Assembly (NCBI RefSeq): GCF_009834535.1
Contig: NC_045697.1
Coordinates: 117,492,001 to 117,556,000 of the forward strand
Reading direction: 5' to 3'
Source: Camelus ferus
Lineage: Eukaryota
Length of the DNA stretch: 64,000 nt
Shown here: piece by piece, positions 1-14,490 of the stretch
Position numbering within the stretch: position 1 is the stretch's first letter
Layout of the letters: every line of letters starts with the position of its first letter
The notes under the pieces: model-generated
The model's database searches: none
What the model was told of the DNA's origin: nothing
What the model saw: the letters and a program-made list of their open reading frames with translations, nothing else
Program-made: the position numbers and the translations under genes

Positions 1-82
1 TGTATTTTCACAGGTTTCCAGGCCGATAGCTTAAGTTTCTATTATAGTATAAAAAACATGATTTAAATTATCTAGAAGATAT

Positions 83-287
83 TAACCAATATATATAAAA
101 TAAACAAGCTTATACTGTATAGCAAAGGGAACTATATTCAAAATCTTGCAGTAACTTATGGTGAAAAAGAATATGAAGACAAAAATATGTGTGTTCCTGT
201 ATGACTGAAGCATTGTGCTGGACACCAGAAATTGACACAACATTGTCAACTGACTGTACTTCAATAAAATATACACAAATAAATAAA
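83..287 (+). mobile_element. Short 5'-truncated L1 3' end (artiodactyl/camelid type)
   Basis: Contains 'tatagcaaagggaactatattcaaaatcttg...acaccagaaattgacacaacattgtcaactgactgtacttcaataaa' plus an A-rich tail, a motif repeated at many sites in this window. Confidence 0.85.
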
Positions 288-295
288 TTATCCGG

Positions 296-732
296 CAATG
301 CATTTGCAGCAACATGGATGGAGCTAGAGATGATCATACTAAGTGAAGTAAGTCAGACAGAGAAAGACAAATACCTTATGATAATCACTTCTACGTGGAG
401 TCTAGAAAATGATACAAATGAACTTATTTACAAGACAGAAACAGACCCACAGACACAGAAAACAAACTTAGGGTTACCAAAGAGGAAGGGGGAGGGGTAA
501 ATTAGGAGTTTGGGATTCACATATACAAACCACTATATATAGAATAGATAGATAACAAGGTCCTACTGTAGAGCACAGGGAACTATATTCAGTATCTTGT
601 AACAACCTATAATGAAAAAGAATATGAAAAAGAGTGTGTATGTGTGGGTGTATAACCGAATTGCTATGCTGTACACCAGAAACTAACACAACATTGTAAG
701 TCAATTCCACTTCAATAAAATAAATAAATAAC
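296..732 (+). mobile_element. L1 3' end (ORF2 C-terminal remnant plus 3' UTR)
   Basis: Encodes FAATWMELEMIILSEVSQTEKDKY, typical of the L1 ORF2p C-terminus, followed by a 3' UTR and an (AAAT)n tail. Confidence 0.9.
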
Positions 733-2911
733 CCCCACCCCCCAAAAAAAATCTGGCAATGATAGAGCCAATGACCCAAAAGACAATTGAAAAATAAATT
801 AGAGATATTTTCGCTTCCTTTCCTTAAACAGACCATATTCGCTACTTGTTTACGTTAGGAAACGCTTTTTGGCCCCCTGTCTAGTTTGTTCATCCTTTCT
901 TCTGCCCACAGAACAGTCATGAAAGAAGCAATCATGGGAGTCCTGTCTCGGGATTATTCTTTGACATCTGATGACAGCTGAAAAGCCTTGTCCCTTGGCA
1001 ACGCCCGCCCCGCTGCCCCGCGCCCCCCACCCCCCGCACCTGCCGCGCCCTCACAGCACTCCGCGTCTCTGTGCACGCGGCGCCCGCCCACGCACCCTCC
1101 CGCACTCTTCCCTGGGCTCAGCCACGTGCAAAGCCCTGCTCAGGCGTCCCCCCTCCTGAAAGCCTTCCTTTCCATCCCTTCCCCTATACTGTCCTAATCA
1201 CTGTGGGAGCTGCCCTATTTTGCAAGCATCACTCTCTGGTGTATTTGCTCAATGACACATTTCCCTTCTCCACTAGACTGTGGATTATCAAAGGCAGGAG
1301 TGATTTTGTCAAAACCCTTCAGTTCCTGGCCCTGTAGTGCACGGACAGTACGTGTCTGTGTTGGGATGAACTCCTGTGCAAAGCCATCCCCTCCCCTCGG
1401 GGCTGTCCGTACTTTTTTTATGGAGCTTCAAAGGCCATAGAAAATAGGTCTCCTAGGGGCACCTGCGTTTCCAAAGCTGGGCTAAGATTTTGTAAATGTT
1501 GTTTAATTTTTGACTGTACGGTCAGTGAATCGGAGCCTATGTGTTTAAACGTACAAGCCTGCGCTGTCTGCAGCGCCCTACAAGGAAGGGCCATTGTGAT
1601 CTCTGAAATTTGGAAGAAGCAGCCGAAAAGGGTGCAACAATGTAAGGAAATGGTGTGTTGGGAAGGGAGCAAAGAGAGGTCCCCAACGGATGAAATCTGG
1701 TGCTGGGTCTTGGTGAAAACGCTCGCTGAATGCCCTGCCAAAGGACCTCTCTCCTCCCCCAAGCCCGCCTGCCGTTCTGATGCAGGGCACGTGAGCTTGA
1801 ATAATGACGCGACTTCCACGAGGAAACAAGTCATCTCCATGGCTTTCCTCTTCCTCCCAGAGGCAGCAGTGCGGGGCGTGGGGTGCACCACAGTGACTCG
1901 GAGTATTCCAGAGGAACGCGTTCATCCCACCGAGGATGAGCGCAACGCGCACTCATCAGAGAGCTCACACGGGACCGCATCTGAATGCGAGGAGCCTGCA
2001 GCCCCCCGGGGTGGGGTCCGCAGTCAGACCCCTGACACCAGCAGAAGGGAGGGGTCCCCTCGCCTTCTCAGCAGCCCTGTTACGTGAGGATACACCCACG
2101 AGCCCACAATCCTGGGAGAAACCCATACATGCTGAATCTCAGTCAAGGTCACCAAGCAAAGAGTCACCCAGTTTTGAGAAAAAATTAACTCTGGGTTATT
2201 CTTTAACATCCTATGGGATGCTTTCCTAAATTTGACATAGAATTAATAGGACCCATTTACACACCCAAAAGTGGGAAATGGCATAGTTTCTAATCTTTAT
2301 CTTGGACCAGTGTCATGGTCAGGCACAAAGTTAAAGTCAAACATCTATATCTGTTTTTCCCCTACGTGCAGAAAACAGCAATAACAAAACTTCTCCGCGA
2401 TGTACAACATAACCGTGAAAGCCACTGAAATAACACTGTCCTGACTGGTTCTTGCACAGTGTGCTTTATGACATGCAGATAAGCACAAAGATCACTGCAC
2501 AGCTGAAAGTGTTCTGCAGCTTTTGCTCTTAATTTTCATAAACCTGTTTCATAAAGCATGTGAATGGGATATCATCCCCCTCACGCCTCCATGCACTCTT
2601 CGTATCTCTGCTCTCAATCAGGTGACCAACAGAAGGAAAAAAATCCTTCCTTGGCATGGAATAAATGTATGCATGTATGTGCACACACAATAAAATACAC
2701 TGAATAAACAAGTGAAGGCCTCAACGTATCCAAACCCACAGAGAACAGATGAGTCTGGGTAACGCTTAATGTCAGAGCAGTGCACACGACATTTAGCAAA
2801 GACTCCTTGTTTGATTGCATAAACCATTATATTTATGTTTTTAATTACCAAAACAAATTGAGATTTTTTTTTTACCTTCTTCCTAAGGTGTCCCAGAGAA
2901 CAGGCAACTCA

Positions 2912-3392
<481 letters not shown>

Positions 3393-4069
3393 CTACACAT
3401 TGTGGTTTGACAAATCGCAAAGAACACATGAGATAAAGAGCCTGTAGTAAACGTTTTATGTATTTTATCAGCCAATATTCTTCACCACCATTTAGCATCA
3501 TCTTGATGTCATAATGGGTCCTTAATCAATGACTGTTTATTGGTCATACTTACATAAAAGTTCTCTGTATTACTGGGAAGTCTTTCAAGGATAAGGACTA
3601 GGTTTTATTTATTCTATCTACAAGAAAGCACCAAACCATCTATCTCCTCACGCACCTTAATGTTCACTGTTTTCACATTTAGAATTCTGTTATTCAGAGC
3701 TAAGCCAAAATATGTGCTAGTATTGCATTTTCCTTCTTAAATAATATTTCATTCTAATGTTAATGATCCCTTCATTTTTTTTCACTACCAGAGCTATCTT
3801 TATACCTATCCTTATTTTTCCTAGTTGCTCCATGAAAATCTGTCATGTGTATGAGTAAAACATTTTTTTAAATAAAATATTTAAGCATATTACATAATCT
3901 ATGTTTTTCCTGCATCCTGGAGCCTTCCTCCTTGAAGCTGTGATTTGACTGGTTCCTCTTTGCATCCGCTCTGTGACTGTTCCCCTAAAACGCCCCTTCC
4001 CCACTTTTCTGAGTAGCTAGCCTACTTCCTTGATCACTTTCCTCTCCTGTTTTACTCCTTCCTCCTGCT

Positions 4070-4930
4070 AGAGTCCTCAGTGATTTCCTCAGACATATGG
4101 AGGTATACTCATTTTCTGAGACACTGAATGTCTGTAAATACCTTTATTTTGCTCTGACAGTTGATTAGTATTCTGGCTGGGTACAAAATTTTAAGTTGAA
4201 GCCAGTCAATCTAAAGACATTGTTCCACTAAGTTTTATCATTTCTTTTGAAAAATACAATATCCTTATTTTGAATTATTTTTTGTATGTGACGTACTTCA
4301 TAATCCTTCTCACCTCCCACCTGTCAGAAAAGTTTAAGATCCTTATCAACTCTGAAATTCCATGATATTTTCTTTAAATATGAAAAGATTCTTTTTTCTT
4401 TCATTATTGTGTATACTTAATATGCAGATCTGCATCATTCAGGATGGGAAAATTTTCTGAATGTTTCTTTGATAATTTCCTTCCCTGGTTCTCACCATCT
4501 GTCTTTCTAGAATGCTTATTATTAAGACATTGTGACCCTCAGATTAGATATCCGAGTCCCTCACAATTTCTGCCAACACATCATTTTATATTGCATTGTC
4601 ATTTTGTTACATAATCTGGAAGATTTTCTCAACCTTTCCTTCAAAGCCATGTAATTTTACTTGTTATTTTAGAAAAAAAAAAAAAAAACAAGTTAACTTC
4701 CCAGAGTTCTTTCTTATTCCTTGGTGTTTTTCCTTTTCACAGCATCCTTTTTTTTCTTTCTTATGGATAATGTATTTTCTCTTATTTCTCTGCCAATATT
4801 TATTACAATTTGAAACATTTTCCTCCTGTTCCTGCCTGCCCTGTTTCTGTGTACTTATTTTATTAGTATCACATCCTCCATGGCAAAGACTGTCCTCAAG
4901 TGCCTGGTTGTGCTTGGCTGTCTAAGAGGA
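4070..4930 (-). mobile_element. Ancient L1 (L1M-type) remnant, probably 5'/ORF1 region; boundaries approximate
   Basis: Degenerate matches such as 'tctggctgggtacaaaattttaagttg', 'taaagacattgttccact' and 'gggaaaattttctgaatgtttctttgataatttcc'. Confidence 0.55.
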
Positions 4931-6907
4931 AGACACTGAAACGTTTCTGGGAATTTCTGTGTGCCCAGGCAAGGAGGGGCAATGAGTGTGTGTCACTGTC
5001 AGGCAGCCAGGTGAGGTGGATGGCAGGGCTTTGGTCCATATGGGAAGGACCACTTCTTCATCACTTTATCCCCTCTGATGCTGTGTCAGGAACTCAACTG
5101 CAGCCTGTGTTGGGGAGCTTAGTCAAGCATCCACCAATTCCTGAGGAAATGAATCCACAAGAATATCTGAGGATTCTTCTATCTTTTACAACCACTTCCT
5201 TTATCACTCACTGGACCCTAAACAGGGAGAAAGGACCCTCCCAGTTGCCAGTTTGGACGATGAAAGCCCTTCAACCTGGGGTGGCTTTTCCTCAATTTTA
5301 AATGTCAGTGAAATTTTCAAATGCCCTCCAGACTCTCAGAAACTGCAGCCCTCTGCAGACTCTTTGAATTTACTAATTCACTACAAATTCCATATGGCGA
5401 GGATAATATTCAGAAGAGGATAAAACACAGCTTAAAATTCATGTGAAATATTAGGCAAATTTCTCCCTAGAAGCATGGCAGCAGCTAGAACTTGCTTTGA
5501 TTTTTAAATCTTTTTACTGTAGTCATTCACCCACATACTTCCTTTTTCACCGCCTCAGATGGCAACTCAAATTGATGAACCTCCTTCTGTCATTATTTCT
5601 CAATGTTCCAATACAATCTTCTCCATCTGGACATTTTTAAAGATCACAGCTTTCAATGTTGTTCATCGAATGGCACAATTCACTCAGGGACTGACTGTCC
5701 AGGCTGTGCCCTGCACAGAATGCGGGTCTGGAGAGGCTGCATGTAGAGCTTCCTTTCTTTTAACACTTGTTTCTCCGGTAGGGAGTCATTTCAGATCTCC
5801 AAGCCATACTATAAGGTAAGGGCTAACGAATTTTTATAGTAGTTGGCCATTTCATTGCCAAACAGATGTTTTAATTTGTACATGAACAACTAACTTCTGC
5901 CAACATCGTGTTGGTCTGAGACTTAATATCCTTAATCACACTGGTGTCACTCTCTAGTGAAAACAGTATTTATCCATTGTAAGGCTGTGGGTTGTTTTAA
6001 ATCACTCCATCACTACTATAAATAATGTCTTGTGATGTTCCAGAAACCACAACATAAATCTTCATTTGTATAAATAGGAAATTTCTCCATTAAGAATACA
6101 CTCTCCTCCTCTCCTTCTGTCTTTTTTTAAACACCTTTTTTCTGAGGTTGGGGGGGTGTCCTCAGTTACAAAGGGTCATATTTATTTAAACAGCATAAAC
6201 CTTTGCAACAGTAAAGACTCAAGCTCACTTTACAGCTGATCTAAAAAGCATTTTGAAAATGAAAATGTCCAATGATAATCTAAATTGACTTTGATTTTTA
6301 TCTAAGAAAGGGAGATACAGTTTGCCAGTTGGATGTTCAGTAATCTTAAGTTGACAAGCATCTCAGTGAAAAAGTGACCAGCTGTAGTAGTTTGATTATC
6401 CATGTGTTGCTTATATAGGAGGTAGGAAATAAGAAATAAATACTATATAATATATCAATATTCTGGATATTTACAGGTTTTATTTTGCTCATGTTCTCAC
6501 AAATGCGCATTTCCAGTGCTACACTAAGAAAGCTAAAGCAATGGGCAAAGGGTAAAATTTATAAATTAAAGGGACAGTGAGAAATAAGGAAAAGTTTGGA
6601 CAATTAAATTTTATATAGTTTTGAAATTTTTCCCTTAGTTAAAATATGCCTTCTAACACAATGTAAAAGCTTGTCAAATACTGTTCTTTCATTTCTCACA
6701 CCATTTATAATAATAGAAAACTGATTAGAAAATATGAAGTGTGAAGGAAATCTAAAACAGTAACAAATTCAGAAAAATACTGTCACTTCAAATTGATCAA
6801 TAAAGTCAAGTTATGTTTTTTAAAATACCCCTGATAAATGCTGGCCATTAATTTTTTTAATAAGTAGGCATTTCCATTGAAACAATAAATATCGTTAATT
6901 CACCTAC

Positions 6908-6961
6908 CAGGTTTGCGATGATGTAATGGTACCCTTTAACATGTTTTCCAATGGTAATAAC
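6908..6961 (-). CDS. GRIA2: GluA2 coding exon 5, 54 nt (absent from the ORF track in this frame)
   Basis: Minus strand reads tttgttag|GTT ATT ACC ATT GGA AAA CAT GTT AAA GGG TAC CAT TAC ATC ATC GCA AAC CTG|gtaggt, which is VITIGKHVKGYHYIIANL. Confidence 0.97.
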
Positions 6962-9900
6962 CTAACAAAGATAAAGAAACAAATGTAAATAAGGGAAAGG
7001 CAAAATTACTGATGTTATGACCTGATTCAGAAAAAAATGGGATTTTATCTGCTGTGTTTCTGGATGGTCCACAGTGAGTCATATTTGATAAAATATAGTT
7101 ATCGAATTCAGAGAACATTTCCTTCAGAAAAAAGTTACCACACATTTTAGTGCTTTATAAATGTTACCTTTCAAAAAGCCAATAACTAAACAAAAATAAT
7201 TACCTTGGTTTTGTTAATAGTGAAAATAAGACCACAAGATTTAAAAAAATGTAAAACCAAAAACCTGGTGAATCCCTAAGTCATAATTATACTCTTACTA
7301 AAGCTACTTTTTTCTTTTCAGTGAAACGTAGCTGAAACTAGTTTTATATTCACAACCTGCCTTCCAAGACAAACACACATAGAGTTTATAGTAGTACATA
7401 AATTTTAAAAGACTATTAATAAGCCTCTAACAGAATTCTTATATAGATCTAGAGAGTAATATTCCAGTCTGAAGAATCTTGAAATACTTATAGACTATTT
7501 CAAATGAAACATCGTTATTTCCAGTTTGAGGAAGCAAAATATCAGAGAAGCTAGTTTGTCTCCACAAATCAGGGTCAAAAATCCATGGTGAGATAAACAC
7601 ATCACAGAACAAGCAGTCCTGCGGGAATGCCCACCACGGTTCTGGATGTTGTGGAATCACCTGAACTCTTGACTGAGCTCTCTCACTTATATAGAGAACG
7701 AAGTAGGTGACACGGCCATGCAGTGGTCCTGGTACTTAGATACTCAAGTGTAATTTCTATTTTTAAGAAAACAGTCACGCCAATGCAGAGCATTCAATGC
7801 CATTGAAAATTCAAAAACCTCAGCTCACTTTCCTTATTTAACTGTTTTGGTGGCTTCCCATTTATATTTTTCAGCATAAGAAACAAAATTCTTCAAATGG
7901 TGCAAAGTCCAATGACCTCACAGACCTCTCCAGGCCCACCTTTTCCCTCTCTACCCTAGAGACAAAAAAATCTACATTCAATCCCCTCGGGGCTTTTGTA
8001 CATCCTGTTTCCTCTGCTTGGGAAGTTCTCTTCACCAGCAGATGCTTTCTCTCTTAAGGCACAATGACTCCCAGCCCAACGTCACCTCCGAGAAGAAGAC
8101 GTCCCTGACTGGCCTCATCCCAGACAAAAGCCACACTCAGTTAAAGAACAAGGACAAAATCCCAGGACAAACTCCACCCCGTGTCGCTTTCATAGCAAGT
8201 GGTAGCTATCTGGAGGGGAGTCAGGTTCCTATTATTTTTAAACATATTTTTATGTAGCACAACTAAATTTTCCAAGAAAGTGAACACTCTGTGTGGAAGG
8301 GAGAATTCTGGAGAAAAGATGTCCTTCTGAACGAAAAATATATTAATGAGCATCAGCTGAACAGAGATGGTTAAGTCCTTCCTAGTTCCCACTGACATCT
8401 GGCCGGTGGGCTTACTCTTCATTCTACTTTCTGAACCATGTACGTCTTCCTTCTGGGAATTAAGAAGAAAACATAGTATAAACAGTGCTACCAGAAGTCC
8501 GTACTTGAGTTTAGTGTTCACTGAGAGAAAGGAGAAACACGAAAACTGACTGGTCCACCTCTCAGGAAGGATTAGCGTCAGCCGTCTTACTGCAGCTTTG
8601 CTTTATACAGACATTAGTATGTCAATAACAATAGTAAACTGATGTTAATTTCTAAACGTTTTTGGCGTCTGAGTCCTTTTCCCTACTAATCACAGCTAGA
8701 AGTGCGTGCCTCCAAGGTTTTATCGAACGGTAAAATACTCCCAGACCGACAAAGTTTACTTCTATTTCTAACTTTAAGCTATGATGGAAATAAAGTTTCA
8801 TCTCATCTCTCTTCTCCTGCAAGTGTTGGCAGACTGAATAAGAAAACAGTGCTTCCTTTTCTGGAAATGTACCTCAAACCCACTTTTTTCCCTGGTAAAC
8901 TTTACTCCTTGAAGGCCTTCCATGACCTCCCAATCTAATTAATTTTTGTAGTTTTTTTCTCATAATGTCCTGCTCTGTTCATTCAGAGCATATTCTATTA
9001 TTATTGCATATTAACATAACTGTAACACAACATGAATATTTACCTTGATGGGGAATGCCTGTTCTGTTCAATGTCTGGCAAACATTAGACACTCAGGGAA
9101 ACTGATTGAAAAAACAAACGAATGAACCCAAGCCAACTAGCCAAATGGTACCCATGTGTGAACCTTTCATAAATCCCCCCACCCTGTTAAGACAGGTACT
9201 TCCTCCTCGGTGCTCTTAGACCACACTGCATTGTGACCTGTAACACTGCAGAATTTATTATGTATGTATGTTTTCCTTCCCCTAAATCATGAGTTCATGG
9301 GGTGCAAACACCCCCACACACTCATTTAACACGTTCAAGATTGTCTTTTGAAAATACAAATAACACACATGTGCAAAACCCTGTGTACATTTTGAATGGC
9401 TGTCCACATGGACATGTATTTAATCATCATCATATGTGTGTTTCAAAACACACCATTCCATATATTCCCAGTTTCTCCTATCGTATCTTCCAGTTTGAGA
9501 AAGAATTATTTTCGTGGACCGTCACCATGTATTATGATGAGTCATGAATACCTACATGTTTAAAACCAGAGACTAATGACTATTATTCAAAACCTGTTTT
9601 AATGAGACTCTCCTCTGAAATTCAAACGTGTTGTTGAGGGTCACATTTGAACAAGAGGCCTTCAGGTTAAAAACAATCCCAACTTCATCTCCCGAGACAA
9701 GAATCAAGATGTTTCTACTGAAGTGTTCACCTCTCCAACACGCATTTAGTTCTTTCTCTTAACAAGCTAGTCTCATACCTGTTATTCAATATTTCATGAA
9801 GGATCCATTTGGTGTATCTGAGGCTCTGTATTATATCATACTATTATATTAATTAAGGGGTCATCCACATTTATGTTTGCAAAATGCTTTGTGTCTCACT

Positions 9901-10736
9901 GACTAATGAATCTAAGTTTCTCCTCAAAGCCTAGAAAGGCCAAGAAATGCACACTTAACTGCGTATTTTTTCTTCCAATCCTATATTATTCCAAGAAATA
10001 ATTTTATATACATACATTTATAGATGTAAATAACATCGATAAATATATAACATATCTATATATAATTATTCCAAGGAAAATATTACATTTTCAGCTGGGA
10101 AAAGAAGCAGATATCCAGCGAAGGAGACTTTGGTCAGTAAATCACGACCCTGGTCCCCCACTATCCCTGGTCCCTCACCCCATCTATGTAACATTCTGGA
10201 TTTTATTTCTATTATTCAGATGTTACTGCATGACTCTCCCGTCCTGAAAGAACTTAGACAGAAACAAGGCGAGATGCCGAGCCCAGATGAAACACCTTCA
10301 TGTCCGGTGTCATGTTACTCTTGAAAACATTGCAAATTAATGCATCCAATTTACTTCTCAAGTAGAAAAGATCACCTCTCCTATATATTGTATTTTCCAA
10401 GATTAATGGTTTTATAATGATACAAAACCCACTAATAGGAGGAAAAAATTACTTCTTGGAAAAATAAATATATGCTTTTTCAGAAGCCATAAAGCCATTC
10501 AGACAACAATACAGATTTAGCACACCAAACCTTACTTTAATGCTAGAAGCACTCCACACATTGCCAAAGAATTCATGAAATACTCAATTTTCCCTTAGGA
10601 CCCAGACTTATTTTCACTTAACAACATGTCTATTTCTTTATTTCTAAAAAGTTCAAAGGGATTACAATTTAAATTTCCAATTTAAAGTCACAAAGTCTAG
10701 GACATTTGTCACATAAAACAGGAGTCAGGAATTCTA

Positions 10737-11207
<471 letters not shown>

Positions 11208-11231
11208 TTACACTGACGGCCAGCAGATGTG

Positions 11232-11600
11232 TTTTTTTTTTTTTTTTTTTTAATTAAAGTGTAGTTGGTTTACAATGTTAGTTTCAGGTGTACGGCAAAG
11301 CAGTTCATTTATACATACACATACATACGCATTTTTTAATATTCTTTTGTATTATCTGTTATTACAAAAAACTTAATATAGTTCCCTGTGCTATACAGTA
11401 GGTCCTTGTTGTTTATCTATTTTATATACAGTAGTGTGTATCTGCAAATCCCAAACTCCTAATTGATCCCTCCCTCCCTTTCCCCTTTGATGACCATAGT
11501 TTGTTTGCTATGTCTGTGAGTCTGTTTTTGGTTTGCAAATAGAATTTGTATCTTTTTTTTTAGATTCCACGTGGAAGTGGTATCATATGATATTTGTCTT
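11232..11600 (-). mobile_element. L1 3' end in the same orientation as GRIA2, about 85 nt upstream of the exon 4 acceptor
   Basis: T20 at 11232-11251 followed by the reverse complement of the L1 3' UTR ('gttccctgtgctatacagtaggtccttgttg...tagattccac'). Confidence 0.92.
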
Positions 11601-12288
11601 ACATATGTTTTTAAGGCTGGTATTTTTGTGCAACTAAGGGAATGCTGACTCCTCTAAAAAGCTACAGCCACGATCTTGATCATCTATTTATTCCCACTTC
11701 ACATCAGGAACTCTTTCATGTAACCACTGCTGTTTTGACCAAAAGACTCACAGTTTGGGGAGAAACTGCACCCCTTGCTCTCGGCCTCCTCTCAGCTGTC
11801 CTCTTGAATATTACTAAAGCATGACGTCCCTGATACCTCTGGTGTTAATGAACACAAAAGGCATTACGACAATGTCTTTCTCATATAGAATGGAAGAGAT
11901 GGCTTCTTTATGTATGACAGTGTGTCATTTCACGTCATGACCCTGAGGAGGCTGAGTACATGCTCCGTGAGCTGAAATGTCACGGGTCGATGTGAGCATA
12001 AAAGCCGATAATCCCCAAAGCTGCCTGATTTCCTCCGACTGTTTCCTAGTCAGCAGTTGTTGCTTTTCTTTCCTCAGCCTTCTGCTATATCATTTTTTGT
12101 TATTGGGACTGATCCTGTAGGAATCCTGTAGAAACATTCACTTGTTAACCAGATAGTAGGGGTTCGTTTTCCAGCACAGACTGGTTACATTTACTTTATC
12201 TTCCAAACGTGAGACCGTTTTACTATTCCTTAGTAACTTTGCTGACAGCATCATATGACTTAGAAAATTTTACTTTTATTTTTAGTTG

Positions 12289-12757
12289 TGTAACCGAGCA
12301 GGACACTGGGGGAGACTTCCAGGGACAGACCCCTACTTCATGTCCTCTGCTGTAGCTCCTCTCTGAAGGACCCAGATAATAGTATCTTATGTATATTTCC
12401 TGAGTGTTTCGGATGCTACAACCACCACCAAAGGGAAGAAATTAACTACTTGATGATGGAGAGCATGTGGCCCCCAGACCTTCTGGCACCTGGGGGCTGA
12501 TGGTGTTGACCGCCCTGTTCCCTTGATATCAACCAATCATAGGATTGTGCACAAGCTGATACCGCATCCTGTGACCCCCTCCCTTACTTGACTTTAAATA
12601 GGCTTTGCTGAAACCCTTCGAGGAGTTTGAGGTTTTCTTGGGGACAAGACCCCCATCCTTGCTTGGTCCTACAGTAAACCTTTATCTGCTCCAAACTGAC
12701 GTGTCAGTTTATTTGGTCTCATGGTGCAGCGGGCACACCAACTTACTTTCGATAACA
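12289..12757 (+). mobile_element. Solo ERV1-type LTR, about 469 bp, antisense to GRIA2
   Basis: Termini TGTAAC...TAACA, flanking 4-mers GTTG/GCTG (4-bp TSD with one mismatch), a CCAAT box near 12533, a TATA-like 'tttaaata' near 12593 and a degenerate polyA signal 'agtaaa' near 12673. Confidence 0.8.
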
Positions 12758-13289
12758 GCTGCTCATACATTACCTCATAGGTAGGACTGAGAGGGAAAAC
12801 CACTTGGGAACATATTTCCTAAAGTGAATTCTGCAGTTTAACACTTGGAATACTGGTGGATAAACTTGTCGCCCACATCACTTTTGCCCTTCACAGCTAA
12901 CCCAAATTCATCGTTTCTAATAGTAGCTTAATGAACAACAAAAATCAAGGCTCCACATTGTAAATCAACTATACTTCAATTTAAAAAAATAAAAGAAACT
13001 AAATTTTAAAAAATGAAGACTCCAAAAAGAATTCAGGACCCATCACATTCCTTCCTTATTCCAGAAGACCTGCATCTCTTCCAAGGAACATTGACCGATC
13101 CCTTTTCACCTGCAACAGCGTGGGGCTTACCTAATGCAATCACATGACTATAAGCTTTATTCAGGTATGACACTTTATTTAAATCTATTTACTATAGCAA
13201 AAAAGTCTGTGCATAAGTTATTGTTGAAATATTGTTGAAAATTCTCTGAACCTGGGAAACATCATTAAAATTTTGATTGATTGTATTGG

Positions 13290-14490
13290 CCGAAAGTTTG
13301 TAAGATGAGCCTAGAACATTCTGTGATACCACAAAACAGGGAAACTCTCCCAAAGCATCATGTGGTGTCCAGACTCAGGACCCAATTTGACGAGACTCAT
13401 CTTAAATAAAGATGAGGCCATCTGAATACCAATAAGAAAAATAACTGCAAAAGGCTGAAATACATACCATTTTTTTAAATCCATAAGTTGATAATGACAT
13501 TTTAAAAAATATTTGACTGCCTTTGAAGGATACTAAGGAGGCAAGTTATTATTTTGAAAACTGCTCAATAAAGGAAAAGAAATAAGCATTTCCCTGCCCT
13601 TCCTATATGAACAGTACTCAGGATACTAGTTAATTAAGGGAGGTTTTTCTTTTTGGAAAGACTCCAGCTAATAAATGATGAACGGATAGAGACTTAGAAT
13701 TACAACGTCTTGTAACACCTGGTGAATGAATGAATCGAGGCAACAATCTTTAACTGCTGCTAACAACGCAGAGAGAGGCCAGAAGTTCTGTGTCTTCGAG
13801 TGGGATCTCCACCACCACCTATGCCATATTTACGCCCAAAAAGTGAAGATGACTCTCATAAATGTCTGGCTCTAATTACCCTTTTACAAGGAACGTACAG
13901 CACTGAGTAATACGCCATAGTGTTGCAATCTTCAAAATCCAGACTGTGGGAAACTCTACCTTATAAAAGGCATAAGGGATATATTAACCAATTGCAATAT
14001 ATGGAGCTCAGTTTTATCCTCAGACTGTGTTAAAAAAAAAAAAACAGGTGATGCTAGTAACGAATTCCTGTTACTTTGTCTGGATATGATAATGATATTG
14101 TGGTTATATTTAAATTGAGACAACTGTTCTTTCAAAACACAAACTGAAATATTCACAGATGAAATAACATGACGTCAGGTATCTACTTTGAACCAACTGT
14201 GAGCACAGAAGGACAGAGACAAAATAAGAGTCCTCTGATCCATCATTAATAAAGTTGCCGTAAGAGTATGGTTACCCGGGGTAACAGGGGTGGGAAGGGA
14301 TAAACTGGGATTTGCACCTCTTGGGGAGTGATGGAAATGCTAGCTATTTGATTGTGGTGGTGGTTTCATGGGTGTCTACATCTATCAAAACTCATGAAAT
14401 TGTTCATCTCAAATATGTGTAATTTACTGTATAGGAATTATACCATAATAAAAGTGTTACTTTTTTTAAGAAATTAAAAAAAAAGAGTCT
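13290..14490 (+). mobile_element. Old L1 (L1MC-like) 3' region; boundaries approximate
   Basis: Motifs 'gtaagatgagcctagaacat', 'ccagactgtgggaaactcta', 'aactgaaatattcacagatgaaat' and 'gattgtggtggtggtttcatggg', then an A-rich tail. Confidence 0.65.

Noticed and set aside
1418..2229. Cluster of 97-182 aa ORFs
   Set aside because: No protein similarity that I recognise; explained by locally raised GC content in intron 6.
2761..2790. 'gtcagagcag' as a possible start of GRIA2 exon 7 (SALT motif)
   Set aside because: The flanking codons do not give YTSALTYDAVQVM; exon 7 appears to lie beyond the left edge of the window.
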